Shown: in pieces, positions 26,735-39,330 of the stretch
Layout of the letters: each line of letters starts with the position of its first letter
Numbering within the stretch: position 1 is the stretch's first letter
NCBI RefSeq assembly: GCF_006345805.1
Contig: NW_021831404.1
Coordinates: forward strand, 190,149 to 254,148
Direction: 5' to 3'
DNA length: 64,000 nt
From: Octopus sinensis
Taxonomy: Eukaryota
Translations under genes and position numbers: made by a program
The notes under the pieces: generated by a model
The model's input: the letters and a program-made list of their open reading frames with translations, nothing else
Told to the model about the DNA's origin: nothing
The model's database searches: none

Positions 26735-26955
26735 TTGAACAGATGACAACGTTTCTCTAAAAAAAAAAATGGAGAAACTTTCAAAATACAAAGACCTGGA
26801 AATAGAGGTAACTCGAATCTGGAGTCTAAAAACAGAAACAATTCCTATCATAATAGGCGCATTAGGTATGATAAAGAAATATTCAGACAAATACATAACA
26901 AAAACATCAGGACTAACAAACATATATAGCATACAGAAAATAGCACTACTAGGCT
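26735..26955 (+). mobile_element. R4/Dong-clade non-LTR fragment (restriction-like endonuclease C-terminus)
   Basis: EKLSKYKDLEIEVTRIWSLKTETIPIIIGALG...IQKIALLG, located next to a (TAA)n tract. Confidence 0.8.
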
Positions 26956-27695
26956 GTGTGTTATGCTCTTGAGCAAGACACTTTATTTCATGTTGCTCCA
27001 GTTCACTCAACTGTAGAAATGAGTTGTGACATCACTGCTGCCAAGCTATATCGACCTTTACCTTTCTCTTGGATAACATCGGTGGCATGAAGAGGGGAGG
27101 CTGGTATGCATGGGTAACTGTATAAACAACCTTGCCCAGACATGTGATTGGCAGGGGAATTTTCTAGATACAATCCCATGGTCATTTATGACTGAAGGGG
27201 GGCTTCACCCTTTTTACTATGTGTCAACTACTGGGACAGAAGTAATGCAATAGGATTATGGGCAGCCTGTATGCAGCAAATGCACAGGAGTGAGGGTTAG
27301 TGACAGGAAGGGCATCCAACTAGAAAACAATACCTCAATAATATATTCACTTAACCCACGCTAACCCAAATGGCAGGAAGAATACACATCAAATGATTTC
27401 TTTCAAACAGTCAAGAGGCTTATTAGAAGTAATTGACAGTTTATCTCATCTAGCTGACCAAAGTAACCCTTTTGCTGTCATATTTCTTTTGAAATACAAG
27501 GTGCTTTTAATATAACGAAGAACATGGTAAAATAACTTTTGTGGTTGTGTGGTAAGAAGCTTGCTTCCTAACCACATGGTTCCAGGTTCAGTCTCACTGC
27601 GTGGCACCTTGGGCAAGTGTTTTCTACTATAGCCTCAAGCCAACTGAAGCCTTGTAAGTGGATTTGGTAGACGAAAGCTGAAAGAAGGCCATTAT

Positions 27696-27762
<67 letters not shown>

Positions 27763-27824
27763 ATATATATATCATCATCATCATCGTTTAACACCCCCGC
27801 TTTCAATGCTAGCATGGGTTGGAC

Positions 27825-27867
<43 letters not shown>

Positions 27868-27929
27868 ATATATATATCATCATCATCATCGTTTAACACC
27901 CGCTTTCAATGCTAGCATGGGTTGGACGA

Positions 27930-27966
<37 letters not shown>

Positions 27967-29815
27967 TACATACACACATACATATACACACATATGTATA
28001 TATATTTATGTGCGTATGTGTGTCTTTGTCCCCCACCCCCGCCCATCGCTTGACGACTGATGCGGGAGTTTTCATGTCCCTGTAACTTAGCAGTTCAGCA
28101 AAACAGACCAATAGAACAAGTACTAGGATTACAAAGAATAAGTCCCGGGGTTGATTTCTTCAACTAAAACCCTTTAAGATGGTGCTCCAGCATGGCCACA
28201 GTCAAATAACTGCAACAAGTAAAAGAATAAGAGAACATAGAGGTGTGTGTGTGTGTGTGTGGTGTGTGTGTGTGTGTGTAGGTGTCTTTGTGTCTGTATT
28301 TGTCCTTCTACCACGACTTGGCAACAGATGCTGGTGTGTTTGCATCCCAGTAATTTAGCAGTATGGCAAAAGAGATCAATAGACTAAAGTCCAAGCTTAA
28401 AAACAAGCAAGTATTGGGGGTCAAATTCATTCAACTAAAAATTCTTCAAGATGGTACCCAGCAAGGGTACCATCTGAAATAAATAAAAGAGAGGGAAAAA
28501 ATAAAAAAAGATAATTAAGCTGGCATTTGGGACATAATCATTTGTACTTTATGCACAAGGCCAGCAATTTAATGGGACCAGGGAAAGATGATTACATCAA
28601 CTCCAGTATTTGGTTGGTATTTTGTTTTATCAACCTTGAAAAGGAGAAAGGCAAAGTTGACCTTGGTGAAATTTGAACTCAAAACATACATTACCAGAAG
28701 AAATACATTTTAACCAGCATACTCTCTTTCTCTTTACTCTTTTACTTGTTTCAGTCATTTGACTGTGGCCATGCTGGAGCACTGCCTTTAGTCGAGGAAA
28801 CTGACCCCAGGACTTATTCTTTGTAAGCCTAGTACTTATTCTATCGATCTCTTTTGCCAAACTGCTAAGTTACAGGGATGTAAACATACTAGCATCGGTT
28901 GTCAAGCAATGTGGGGGGGGGTCAAGCACAGACACACAAACACACACACATATATATACATATACATATATATGACAGGCTTCTTTCAGTTTCCGTCTAC
29001 CAAATCCACTCACAAGGCTTTGGTCGGCCCGAGGCTATAGTAGAAGACACTTGCCCAAGGTGCCATGCAGTGGGACTGAACCCGGAAACATGTGGTTGGT
29101 AAGCAAGCTACTTACCACACAGCCACTCCTGTGCCTATGGTAATTATTCTGCCAACTTGCTGTCTTTGGAACATAACTGACATGGAATTTTAATGGAAAG
29201 TGTTAATTTCAAATAAGCTAATTCTGAAATCTCTGTAAGAGATGAATGCAGTAGCCATACCGGCAAGTAATGTTTGTTGTCACTTCAACATGGCTGTACT
29301 ATATGAATGAATATTACTGTGATTTTTTTACCCCAAGAGGACATTTTCCCCTAATCGGTTAATGATACACACCTGCATCTGATATAGTGCAAATAGGGGA
29401 GTGAACTCCTACCACCTTCTAGCAGTGGGACCAGTAGACCAGCTGATATCAGGCCATTTTCTACCCATCTTCAGTACTGGACACCTCGTTAAAAAAATCA
29501 AGTAATGTCCGTTCGAACGGAACAGCTATGTTCTAGTGGCAACAAACATTACTTGCCAGTGTTAATTTCATTTGCTTTTAAACAGGAAGCTGGCATCATA
29601 CAACCAGGGACAGTCTCAGACCATTTGGTATCAAAAGCGTCGACAGTGGAGGTACCATATTTTCCAGCATACAAATTGAATTCTGTAGACCAAAATTTAC
29701 TGCCAAAAAAGGTAGGTCAACTTATACACCAAGACGACTTCAGATGACCAAAACAGAGGATATACAGGAGAATTTGGAATGATAGCAATGATGTTTGAAT
29801 GTTTACACTATATAC

Positions 29816-31017
29816 CAGTGTTTTTCAACCTTTTTACCCTTGCATAAACCTTAAAATAAATTACAAGGCTCAAGGAAGCCCTGCACAAAGAAAATTATAT
29901 ACCATATCTTCCTCATATTTTTTTCATCATAGTTTATGTAGTAAACTAGCAGTATCGCCCGGCGTTGCTCGGGTTTGTAAGGGAAATAACTATATAAGCA
30001 TTTTTAGAGAGTTACTTCCTTTATAGATGCCAATTCGGGCTTTCTTAGCCATTTCTGTTTTGGTGTCTTCAAGCCATGAAGTCGTTGTTCTAAAAGAAAC
30101 CTGGTCTCCTTGACAACGCTTTACGACGTTGATTTCCTTACACTGCCTTCCCTACAGCTTCACGAGGGAGGGAAGAAGGGGGAGAAGCAAACACAGGTGC
30201 AGGTGTTTGAGCGTGGACGCCAACTCCGCTGTCATCGACACACGAAAAATTATGCATTAAAATGGAATAAAAAATGATGTTAAATTATTTTTTAAATCGT
30301 AGACTCATCGTAGACGCGCGATAATAGCCAGACGGGCTCGATATTAATAACGACTATAAGATACCCGAATTTGGTTAAACTGCACCGCAAAATGTGGGAG
30401 GAGTTAGGAATCTAAATCGAAGGGGACAGACACTCACACAACGTCAGTTTTATATATATAGATATCATATATATTTATTCTTTTATTTGCTTCAATCATT
30501 TGACTGCAGCCATGCAAGAGCACTGCCTTTAGCTGAACAAATCAACCCCAGGACTTATTCCTTGTAACTTATTCTATCGGCCTCTTTTGCCAAACTGCTA
30601 AGTTACAGGGACATAAACACACCAACATCAGTTGTCAAGCGATGGTGGGGGGGGGGACAAACACAGACACATATATATACGATGGGCTTCTTTTAATTTC
30701 TATCTACCAATCCACTCACAAGGCTTTGGTCGGCTCAAGGCTATAGAAGATACTTGTCCAAGGTGCTACGCAGTGGGACTGAACCCAGAACCATGTGACT
30801 GGTTAGCAAGTTACTTACCATACAGCCACTCCTGCACCTATCAAACTTATTATGTTATCAAAAAAATTGTCATATTTTTTGATAACATCATAGGTTAGAT
30901 AAGATGGTGTCTATTACAATAATACGATCATGAAATTAGCATTAGCTTTCTCTTGAAAGCCCTAAGAACCTTTTGCAGAACCCTAGGGTTCCAGGGAACT
31001 CCGATTGAGAAATGCTG
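29816..31017. mobile_element. hAT MITE with nested Helitron and SINE
   Basis: CAGTGTTTTTCAAC...GATTGAGAAATGCTG, TSD CTATATAC/CTATGTAC. Confidence 0.8.
29946..30462 (-). mobile_element. Non-autonomous Helitron, nested in a hAT MITE
   Basis: TC...CCCGAGCAACGCCGGG-CGATACTG-CTAG termini; same family as 47470-48466. Confidence 0.85.
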
Positions 31018-31019
31018 CT

Positions 31020-31500
31020 ATGTACTATGTGATTTTGTACGCCAGAAGATATGGTAGGTGTTGTGAGAGCATAGTAGCAAGAGTAAGTATTGGGTAAAAA
31101 AACAAAAGCTCAGGTACTTCTCTGAGTGAAAAACAGATTGTATGATGCTCATGTATGAAGTCTGATATAACATGATAATGAAACATTGGCAATGAACACA
31201 GAGGATGGGTGAAATCTGGATAGATGACCAAGAAAGCATGCCTCGCTGGAAGTGTTATGTTAGTGTGCATGAATGATGGAGCACAAGTGATCTGAATGGA
31301 ATAACATGGATATAGGCAGAACCTTGTTAGGGACAGGGATATGACATGTATGAAGGGTGGAAAGAAGTGCCAAGGAATCAAACTTGAAGAAACTTGTGAA
31401 AGTGGAAGACATAGGAGAAAGCAGCAAAAGCTGAATATATGATAAGGAACCACACGAAAATGGCAAAAAGCCCACAAGTGACAAGATGCTGTACTGTAAA
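31020..31500 (+). mobile_element. Old RTE-clade LINE fragment
   Basis: Decayed GRCCESIVARVSIG, RLYDAHV and SMPRWKCYVSVH, colinear with the 6.3-7.1 kb copy. Confidence 0.65.
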
Positions 31501-32297
31501 AGGCTCCTGAAAGTAAAGGGGAAATATATATGTATGGAAAGAGAGAGAGAGAGGCGAATACTCTGCAGAATAGACACCTCTTAAAAATTGGACAAAAAAA
31601 ACTGTAGTTTTTTAGGTTTTTTTTTTTTTTTCATTACAGGGTTTGCCTTGCTTTTTATCATTCTGATCTCGATTAAATTAAGTACTAGTAAAATAACGAA
31701 TCGAATTAATCACTAGGCTTCGCAAGTCACCAAAAGAAGCCATCAGGGCAGACAGAAGAGCCAACTTCACTGAGTTCATGACCGAAATCAAACTCGATGA
31801 CTGGCATCCGTGCAAGTGGAGCGCTAAGAGTACCATCCGAGTGTGATCATTGCCAGAGCAGCAAACTGGCTTCCATGCCGGTGGCACGGGAAAAGCACCA
31901 TTCAAGTGTGATCGTTACCAGCGCCGCCTTACTGGCACTTGTGCCGGTGCCACGTGAAAAAACATTCGAGCGAGGTCGTTGCCAGTGCCGCTGGACTGGC
32001 TCCTGTGCAGGTGACATGTAAAAAACACCACTTGAGCGTGGCCGTTGCCAGTACTGCCTGACTGGCCCTCGTGCCAGGGGCACGTAAAAAGCACCCACTA
32101 CACGCTCGGAGTGGTTGGCGTTAGGAAGGACATCCAGCTGTAGAAACTCTGCTAGATCAGATTGGAGCCCGGTGCCGCCATCTGGTTCGCCGTCCTCACT
32201 CAAATCGTCCAACCCATGCTAGCATGGAAAGCGGACGTTAAACGATGATGATGATGATGTAATTGCGTAACAAGCAGAAACATATGAGAAGGTTTAC

Positions 32298-32700
32298 AGT
32301 GGCTGTGTGGTAAGTAGCTTGCTAACCAACCACATGGTTCCGGGTTCAGTCCCACTGCGTGGCATCTTGGGCAAGTGTCTTCTGCTATAGCCCCAGGCCG
32401 ACCAATGCCTTGTGAGTGAATTTGGTAGACGGAAACTGAAAGAAGCCTGTCGTATATATGTATATATATATATATGTGTGCGTTTGTGTGTCTGTGTTTG
32501 TCCCCCTAGCATTGCTTGACAACCGATGCTGGTGTGTTTACGTCCCCGTCACTTAGCGGTTCGGCAAAAGAGATCGACAGAATAAGTACTGGGCTTACAA
32601 AGAATAAGTCCCGGGGTCGATTTGCTCGACTAAAGGCGGTGTTCCAGCATGGCCGCAGTCAAATGACTGAAACAAGTAAAAGAGTAAAAGAGTAAAGAGT
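32298..32700 (+). mobile_element. SINE family A, well-preserved copy
   Basis: Complete head, microsatellite, body and (GTAAAAGA)n tail. Confidence 0.9.
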
Positions 32701-33686
32701 AAGTGGTAGCTTTAAAATGACAGCGTTATGTACCGTATACATCGTAATATTCTCCTTTACACTGATGCATACATAACGCTTTATTTGTAAGGTTGTCAAC
32801 AGACAAGGAGGAACCATAGCGAGCTTAAGTCAGTGTTGAAAGCACAATTATTCTAAGTCAGTCAGTGACAGTTTTCTTCAGATATGAATGGACAGCTGTC
32901 ACATTATATATACCGCATAAACCAAACCTAACCCTGTTACAAGCCGACTCCTAATCTGTGGCCAGGAAATACGGAATTTTTCAAGTACTTCCAATAAAAG
33001 TTAACCCTAGATTTTTAGGTCTCTTTTAACATATATATTACCAAATCTAGTGTATCATTACATGTCGAACTTGACCCACACTTTCTAGCATCTTAAGTGC
33101 AGGCACACTTTTCTGCTACCATAATCCAAAGACAGAAGAACGAAGGAAAAGTTTTCGATTAGCCGACCTTCTGGAACGTATCACCACATGTTGCCAGAAC
33201 AAATTAGCCACGATAATGATTTATTAATGAGAGACTTTTCAGCAGGACGTTATCTTTAGATGCATACAATCACATGTAAATAACCATAAATCTTCGTTTT
33301 ATAATGATTTATACGTATATTAGAATTAAGCTTCTGCTAATCAAAATTTCAAACAAAATTAAACATGAATTTTTAATTTCCTGAAAAAGTGGTATCCCGA
33401 TATCCACATAAAAGTAGGCCCCTTAAATTCAGCCTTAGAAAATGGTCCGAAAAGTTCAACTTTTACTGGGATATATATATATATATCTTTACTCTCTTTT
33501 ACTCGTTTCAGTCATTTGACTGTGGCCATGCTGGAGCAGCGCCTTTAGTCGAGCAAATCGATCCCAGGGCTTATTCTTTGTAAGCCCAGTACTTATTCTA
33601 TCGATCTCTTTTGCCGAACCGCTAAGTTACGGAGACGTAAACACACCAGCATCGGTTGTCAAGCGATGTTGGGGGTACAAACACAG

Positions 33687-33762
<76 letters not shown>

Positions 33763-35305
33763 CAGGCTTCCTTCAGTTTCCGTCTACCAAATCCACTCAC
33801 AAGGCTTTGGTTGGTCCGAGGCTATAATAGAAGACACTTGCCCAAGGTGCCATTCAGTGGGACATATATATATATATATATGGTAAACATTAACTTCAGA
33901 TACAGACAGGACCAGATACATATAAAATTCAGCATCAAACGAGGACGGAATCCAGGTAAAGAAAATTTGGCCCTGGGCAATACACCGGTCGAGCAAATGA
34001 AAATATGGCGGTAAATAATGCCGTTAACAACCACCTGTGTTTCCTTGTGCTTGTGCATCTTCGTTGCAAATGCGATAGATGCAGTAGACCACGAGTTAGG
34101 CTGACATCAAATATCATTCATTCCATTTCATTCTTGTACACAAAACAAAGGCAAGCATCGTACTGTATGATTATTCTTACAGAAAGATTTACAGCCATGT
34201 GACACCGAATTTGGTCCCACTGCGTGGCACATTGGGCAAGTGTCTTCTACAACAGCACCAGGCCGATCAATGTCCTGTGAGTGAATTTGGTAAGCGGAAA
34301 CTGAATGAAACCCATTGTATACATATGAATGTACATGTGTGTACACGTAACGAGTTGTAAAGGGTTTCAATTCTTGGCTATGAGTTCAAAAAAAAAATAA
34401 AAAACGATCTCTGACGTGTGTGTTTGTTCTCCATCACGTCTTCACAACTGGTGTAGGTTTGTTTACGTCCCTGTAACCTATCGGTTCAACAAAATGTCCG
34501 ATAAAAAGAAATACAAGGGTTGATTTTTTTTTTGACTAAACTCTCTCAAAACAAAGAATCTGTACTCATCCTCCCCACTTCTTTTAAACATAAAATAACA
34601 ATGACCAAAATAACATTCTTTTATGCAATGTGTCCCATACATCTTAACATATTTTTCCATCTTGATTCTATACGGTTTTTGCTGCATCACCAGTTGTTGT
34701 CTACAATTTCTTGTCAATAACAAACGTTTGTTTATTTTTCGAAGAGGCAAGAAACGGTAAGACACTGAACTAAATGACGTTTCGACCTGTTTTCTTGTTA
34801 GATTCTTTTGTCATCGACTCGACCTTGCCTTCTATTATATACTGCCAGAGCTAAACCCACGAAACAAATATGTACCATTTTTGTAAGATTACGTGACATT
34901 AACGTTTGCCTGAGTCAGATCTGGAGCAGAGATGGCGTGTAATTGAGAAGGTCGCGAATGGCGACGACGTAAGAGCTTTGACAAACCTAACCGAGTGATT
35001 GATTGAACGATCCTGTTAGTTAACTGGTTAAACTGCTGGCCAATTGACAAACAGGTATAAAGAAACGAAATAGAACCAGTGCGTGTGTTTATTACTGGCA
35101 TAATGACCCTCCCAGGATTCCACAAAATGTTTCGATACACGAGCTCACATCAAGAATCTTGCAAACCAAATACAAAAACGAAATTACACACACACACACA
35201 CACTTATTTGTAAATAGATATGAGGCATAATGCCATGAGAACCTTAGTACGAGTATCAAAGATGGTTTAGAATGAAGTTCATAATTATTCTTGAAAATAT
35301 ATATA

Positions 35306-35358
<53 letters not shown>

Positions 35359-35480
35359 ATTATATATATGAGAGAGAAAGGTTGAGTTCAATTTGAACCT
35401 TTTACTTTGGGAGTTCCGAAGTTAGATTTCTAAATAAGATTCTTCATATTAAATTTGTGGCTTACTATTGCAAGTATTGC

Positions 35481-35804
35481 ATAAGGAAAATAAGACAAGG
35501 TAGAAAATGCTAAAATAATTTTATCACGAAGAACATTTTAGTACTCTTGTGAGTTCCCTGCCACCTAGAACTCACAAGAGTGAAAAAGAAAGACAGAAAC
35601 AGACATAAAAGGAGAATGTCCCTGCATTTGAAAACTATGGAAATATTAAAAAAAAAAAAACCATTTCATTTAATTTTTCCACAATTTTATTGTTTTTCAT
35701 GCTTTAATCTAAGTTGGAAAAGTCGCAAAGAATTAAACCGGTACTAAGATATTCTTCATGATAAAATTATTTTAGTATTTTCTACCTTGTCTTATTTTCC
35801 TTAT
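35481..35804. mobile_element. MITE-like element with inverted arms of about 64 bp
   Basis: 35481-35544 is the reverse complement of 35741-35804 with few mismatches. Confidence 0.65.
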
Positions 35805-36110
35805 ACATATCATCTCGTGTGTTCCTTTTCAACCTTCTACACACACACACATATATATATCCATATAGGATCTTTAAGGTAAAGATTCTCTCTCTCTATA
35901 TATATATATATAAATATATATATATATGTATGTGTGTATGTATGTATATATATATATTATATACATGTGTATATTTTGTGAAGTTATTAAAATATTGTTC
36001 CTTATGAGTGAGTACAACACAAACACACGTGTTATATATACATTGCATGTGTGTATACACCTAACGTATGTGTTCTATTACAACCCAGTTTTATATATAC
36101 ATGATCGATC

Positions 36111-36142
<32 letters not shown>

Positions 36143-36309
36143 CAGAGTGACAGAGACAAATGAGCACACACAGATACCCTATCTATATGTGTGTTTGTGT
36201 TGTAGACGTGCCTTTATGCCTGTTATATCTATCTATACGTAAATAAACATAGCAGTATGGAATAAAATAAAACAAGAAAGCTTCTGTAAAGAGGTTCCTG
36301 TATATTTAC

Positions 36310-36372
36310 CGTGTAGCTTCTGTCATTTTCACCTTCAACTTTACGAAAACTGGGAATTGAAACTCGTATCAT
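36310..36372 (-). CDS. SNX24: SNX22/24-like coding exon 1 (start codon)
   Basis: ATG at 36372-36370 with an in-frame TGA upstream. Translates MIRVSIPSFRKVEGENDRSYT then donor gtaaat; matches the V.IPSFR...R.YT N-terminus of SNX22/24 and is in phase 0 with exon 2. Confidence 0.9.
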
Positions 36373-36664
36373 TATTGTATCACCAGTTGTGGCTCAGGGA
36401 GCCATTCATTCACACGACAGCAGAATACATAAAAACGAAACTAATACTGCAAGTATGTGCGGTAGCAATCGTCGTTTTAGTGGCTGGTGATGACTGTTGT
36501 AGTAGTTGTAGTGGTTGTTGTCGCTGGTTCTGATGACAGTGTCTTGTTATTGCTCCTGCTCTGTTATTTATGGTAGTTATAGTGACGGTGGTGGAGACAG
36601 GCACTTCTTGATATCCATGTTGATGTCTAGAGGGTAGTGTTGTAGTAGCAACGATGTTATTGAC

Positions 36665-36794
<130 letters not shown>

Positions 36795-37947
36795 TGCTGC
36801 TGGTGCCTTGTTATTGGCGATGGTAGTAGTTAGAATGGTGTGTTTTGATGTGGGGTAGTTGTAACGAACTGATGTGTTTGTAGGGGTGGCAATGAGGATT
36901 TTACAATAATTATGTGTACGTATGTATATATATATGTGTGTGTGTATTTGTTGCGGTGTAGTAGTGTAGTGGTTATATGTGATTACGGATAGCTGTACTT
37001 GTGATAGTGTAATTAAAATGTAAATGGTGACGATGAAACAACGTCAACAAACTCACAAACCGCGATCAGGGGTTGAGGTTTAAAGCACCACCGACATCAA
37101 CAACAACTTCTATGGAACTACAAACACAACTACTACAACCACTGCTAGTAGCAATAGTGGTGTTACTTAGTACATGTGGAAATCCGTTACAGGACACTGG
37201 TCACAAACCAGTATCTTTTACACAGTCACAGTTAGTATATCCACGAATACGGACAGCATTGACGAAACTTCCACCCAACAATATCTCTTCTCACCCATTT
37301 TACTCCCTCTACCTATCTTTCTTGCGAGTCTTTGTCACTCCCTCTATCTGTCTTCCTTTCCCTTTCTTACTCACTCCTCCCTACACTATCTATCTTTCTA
37401 TCTCTTCCTTGTCACTCCGGTTATCTAGTTTCCTTTCTATTTCTCATTCACTTCCCCTCTAATCATATTCTGCCTTTCTTCTTTCTCTACTTCTCCTTCT
37501 CAATGTTACTATGTATTCTTCCTACTCCTTCTACTCCAGTCTACTGTGTGTTTCGTTTCAGTGCAACTTCCTCTTATCCTCCTCCTCAGCACGTTCTCTC
37601 TATTTATTTATCCTTCTAATAATTACTCTCACTAAAGTTTACGCCTTTTTCTATTTCTCTCTCTTATTCTCCTCTGCCACCCTCTGTCTTTCTCTCTCTG
37701 TCTCTCTAATGCATAATATCCTTGTTTCGTTCTCTTTTTCCTCCCACTCTGTATCAACGCTATGATTTCTTTATCTTTCTTCTTTGTTCTTATTTCTCCC
37801 CTCTCCTTAAGCTCTTTCTTTTTATTACTCCTACCGCTACATCAACTCTCTCTTTAATAAACCCCCTATCTTTCTAACACATATCACTCCCTCCCTTTCT
37901 GTCTCTGTTTCTTTTCCCCCACCACTTTCATATTGATCTTTTTTTCT

Positions 37948-37956
37948 ACCGGAAGT
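37948..37956. promoter_or_regulatory. ETS-type motif ACCGGAAGT in a CpG-containing non-repeat patch, candidate SNX24 promoter
   Basis: Exact motif about 1.6 kb upstream of the SNX24 ATG; positional inference only. Confidence 0.3.
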
Positions 37957-38189
37957 TGTTCCCAAACCATGTTTTGATGATGTCATCGTTTACATATTCC
38001 CGGGTTTTTTTCCCCTCTCTTCTACCGGTCATCTATTTAGAGCAACACCCCACGCGTATGCAGTCATACCTTTTGAGTCTCTTAGTCAATCGATGTTCCT
38101 TGCTTTCACGCATTTAAAATCACTAACACATATATATATATATATATATTGTTGTATATATATATATATATAATATATATATATGTGTT

Positions 38190-38413
38190 AGCGTAGAAGG
38201 TGTTTATAAGCTATTTAAGAAACACACAAAAACAGTTAGAGTCACTTCAACATTCAAATTTAATTTCTCCAAAATATTTAAAATGTTGAAGTGAATCTAA
38301 CGGTTTTTGTGTGTTTCTTAAATGGCTTATAAACACCTTCCACGCTGCAATTGTTTTCGTTCCAGCACACGATCTCAGATCAGGGCATTTGCTATGCAAG
38401 TACATCTCCGTAA
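38190..38413. mobile_element. Second PLE-like repeat with inverted 65-bp arms
   Basis: 38190-38254 versus 38282-38346, 4 mismatches. Same family as 39285-39471, which carries the G3-C8 motif. Confidence 0.55.
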
Positions 38414-38469
38414 GATATTGTTGTATGTATATATATATATGTGCGTGTGTGTATGTATATATATACATA

Positions 38470-38754
38470 TCTTTATATATAAAAGTGAAGTTGTGTGTCT
38501 GTCTCCTACGATTTAGATTCCTAACTACTCCCACATTTTGCGGTGCAGTTTAACCAAAAGCAGGTATCTTATAGTCGTGATTCATATCAAGCCCTTCTGG
38601 GTATTAGCGCGTGTCTACGATTTAAAAAAAAATTTACTATTACTTTTTCCCATTTTTAGTGCATTTTTTGCTATTATTTAAGGGAAATAACTCTAAAAAT
38701 GCTTATATAGTTATTTCCCTTACAAACCCGAGCAACGCCGGGTGATACTGCTAG
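38470..38754 (+). mobile_element. Non-autonomous Helitron (short)
   Basis: A|TCTTTATATATAAAAG...CCCGAGCAACGCCGGGTGATACTGCTAG|T. Confidence 0.85.
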
Positions 38755-39286
38755 TATATATATTTATATATATATATATTGTATATTTATATATATATAT
38801 ATATTGTTGTGTCTGGGGAAAGTCATTATGTTTTAATGCCTTATTAATTAACACATCGGTTCAATTTCCACTCATTTTCCTGTCCTAAAATTTTCGTTTC
38901 TTCGTGCAACCTCTCCTATAGTTGTTAACTCTGTCCGTTATCGGAGCTGTGTGTGTGTATGTGTACATTTGTATATATGTATTCTGCATAATCATGCGTT
39001 TGTGGGTGTTTGAGTATGTCTGTGTGTATGGGTTCGTGTGACTATGTACACGTGTCTGTTATGCATGCATGTGTCTCCATATGTGTCCTTGCGTGGACTG
39101 TGCGTGTATGTATATGGTCTTGTGTTTCCGTCTGCTGTGTATATGCGGGCTTGTCTGTCCGTATTACCTATCTATGTTCGCCTACATATTCATTTACTGC
39201 TCTCTACTTTAAGAGTATGCTTCTTTTTCGGGTATGTGATACATTGACAATATATATATATACAAATATATATATATATATACAAA

Positions 39287-39330
39287 CAGTGAACAGGTCG
39301 CGGTCTCAAAGCGACGAAAATATTTTGACA
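39287..39330 (+). ncRNA. Hammerhead-like motif with G3-C8 covariant core (5'-truncated copy)
   Basis: CA-GTGAACA-G-GTCGC-GGTCTCAAA-GCGAC-GAA-AATATT-T-TG; helix I is only 2 bp here. Confidence 0.45.

Noticed and set aside
25975-26955. R4/Dong element as the mobilising partner of SINE-B
   Set aside because: No shared 3' tail is visible, and the two have opposite polarity relative to the (TAA)n tract.
27770-27930. Duplicated RTE-tail snippet between (TA)n tracts
   Set aside because: Short duplication between microsatellites, most simply slippage or an assembly echo.
33093-33122. Minus-strand MVAEKCACT* resembling a TGF-beta C-terminus
   Set aside because: No upstream cystine-knot residues or acceptor in frame; likely chance.
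37073-37765. Several 85-130 aa ORFs upstream of SNX24
   Set aside because: Low-complexity CT-rich and CAA-rich sequence; no domain similarity.
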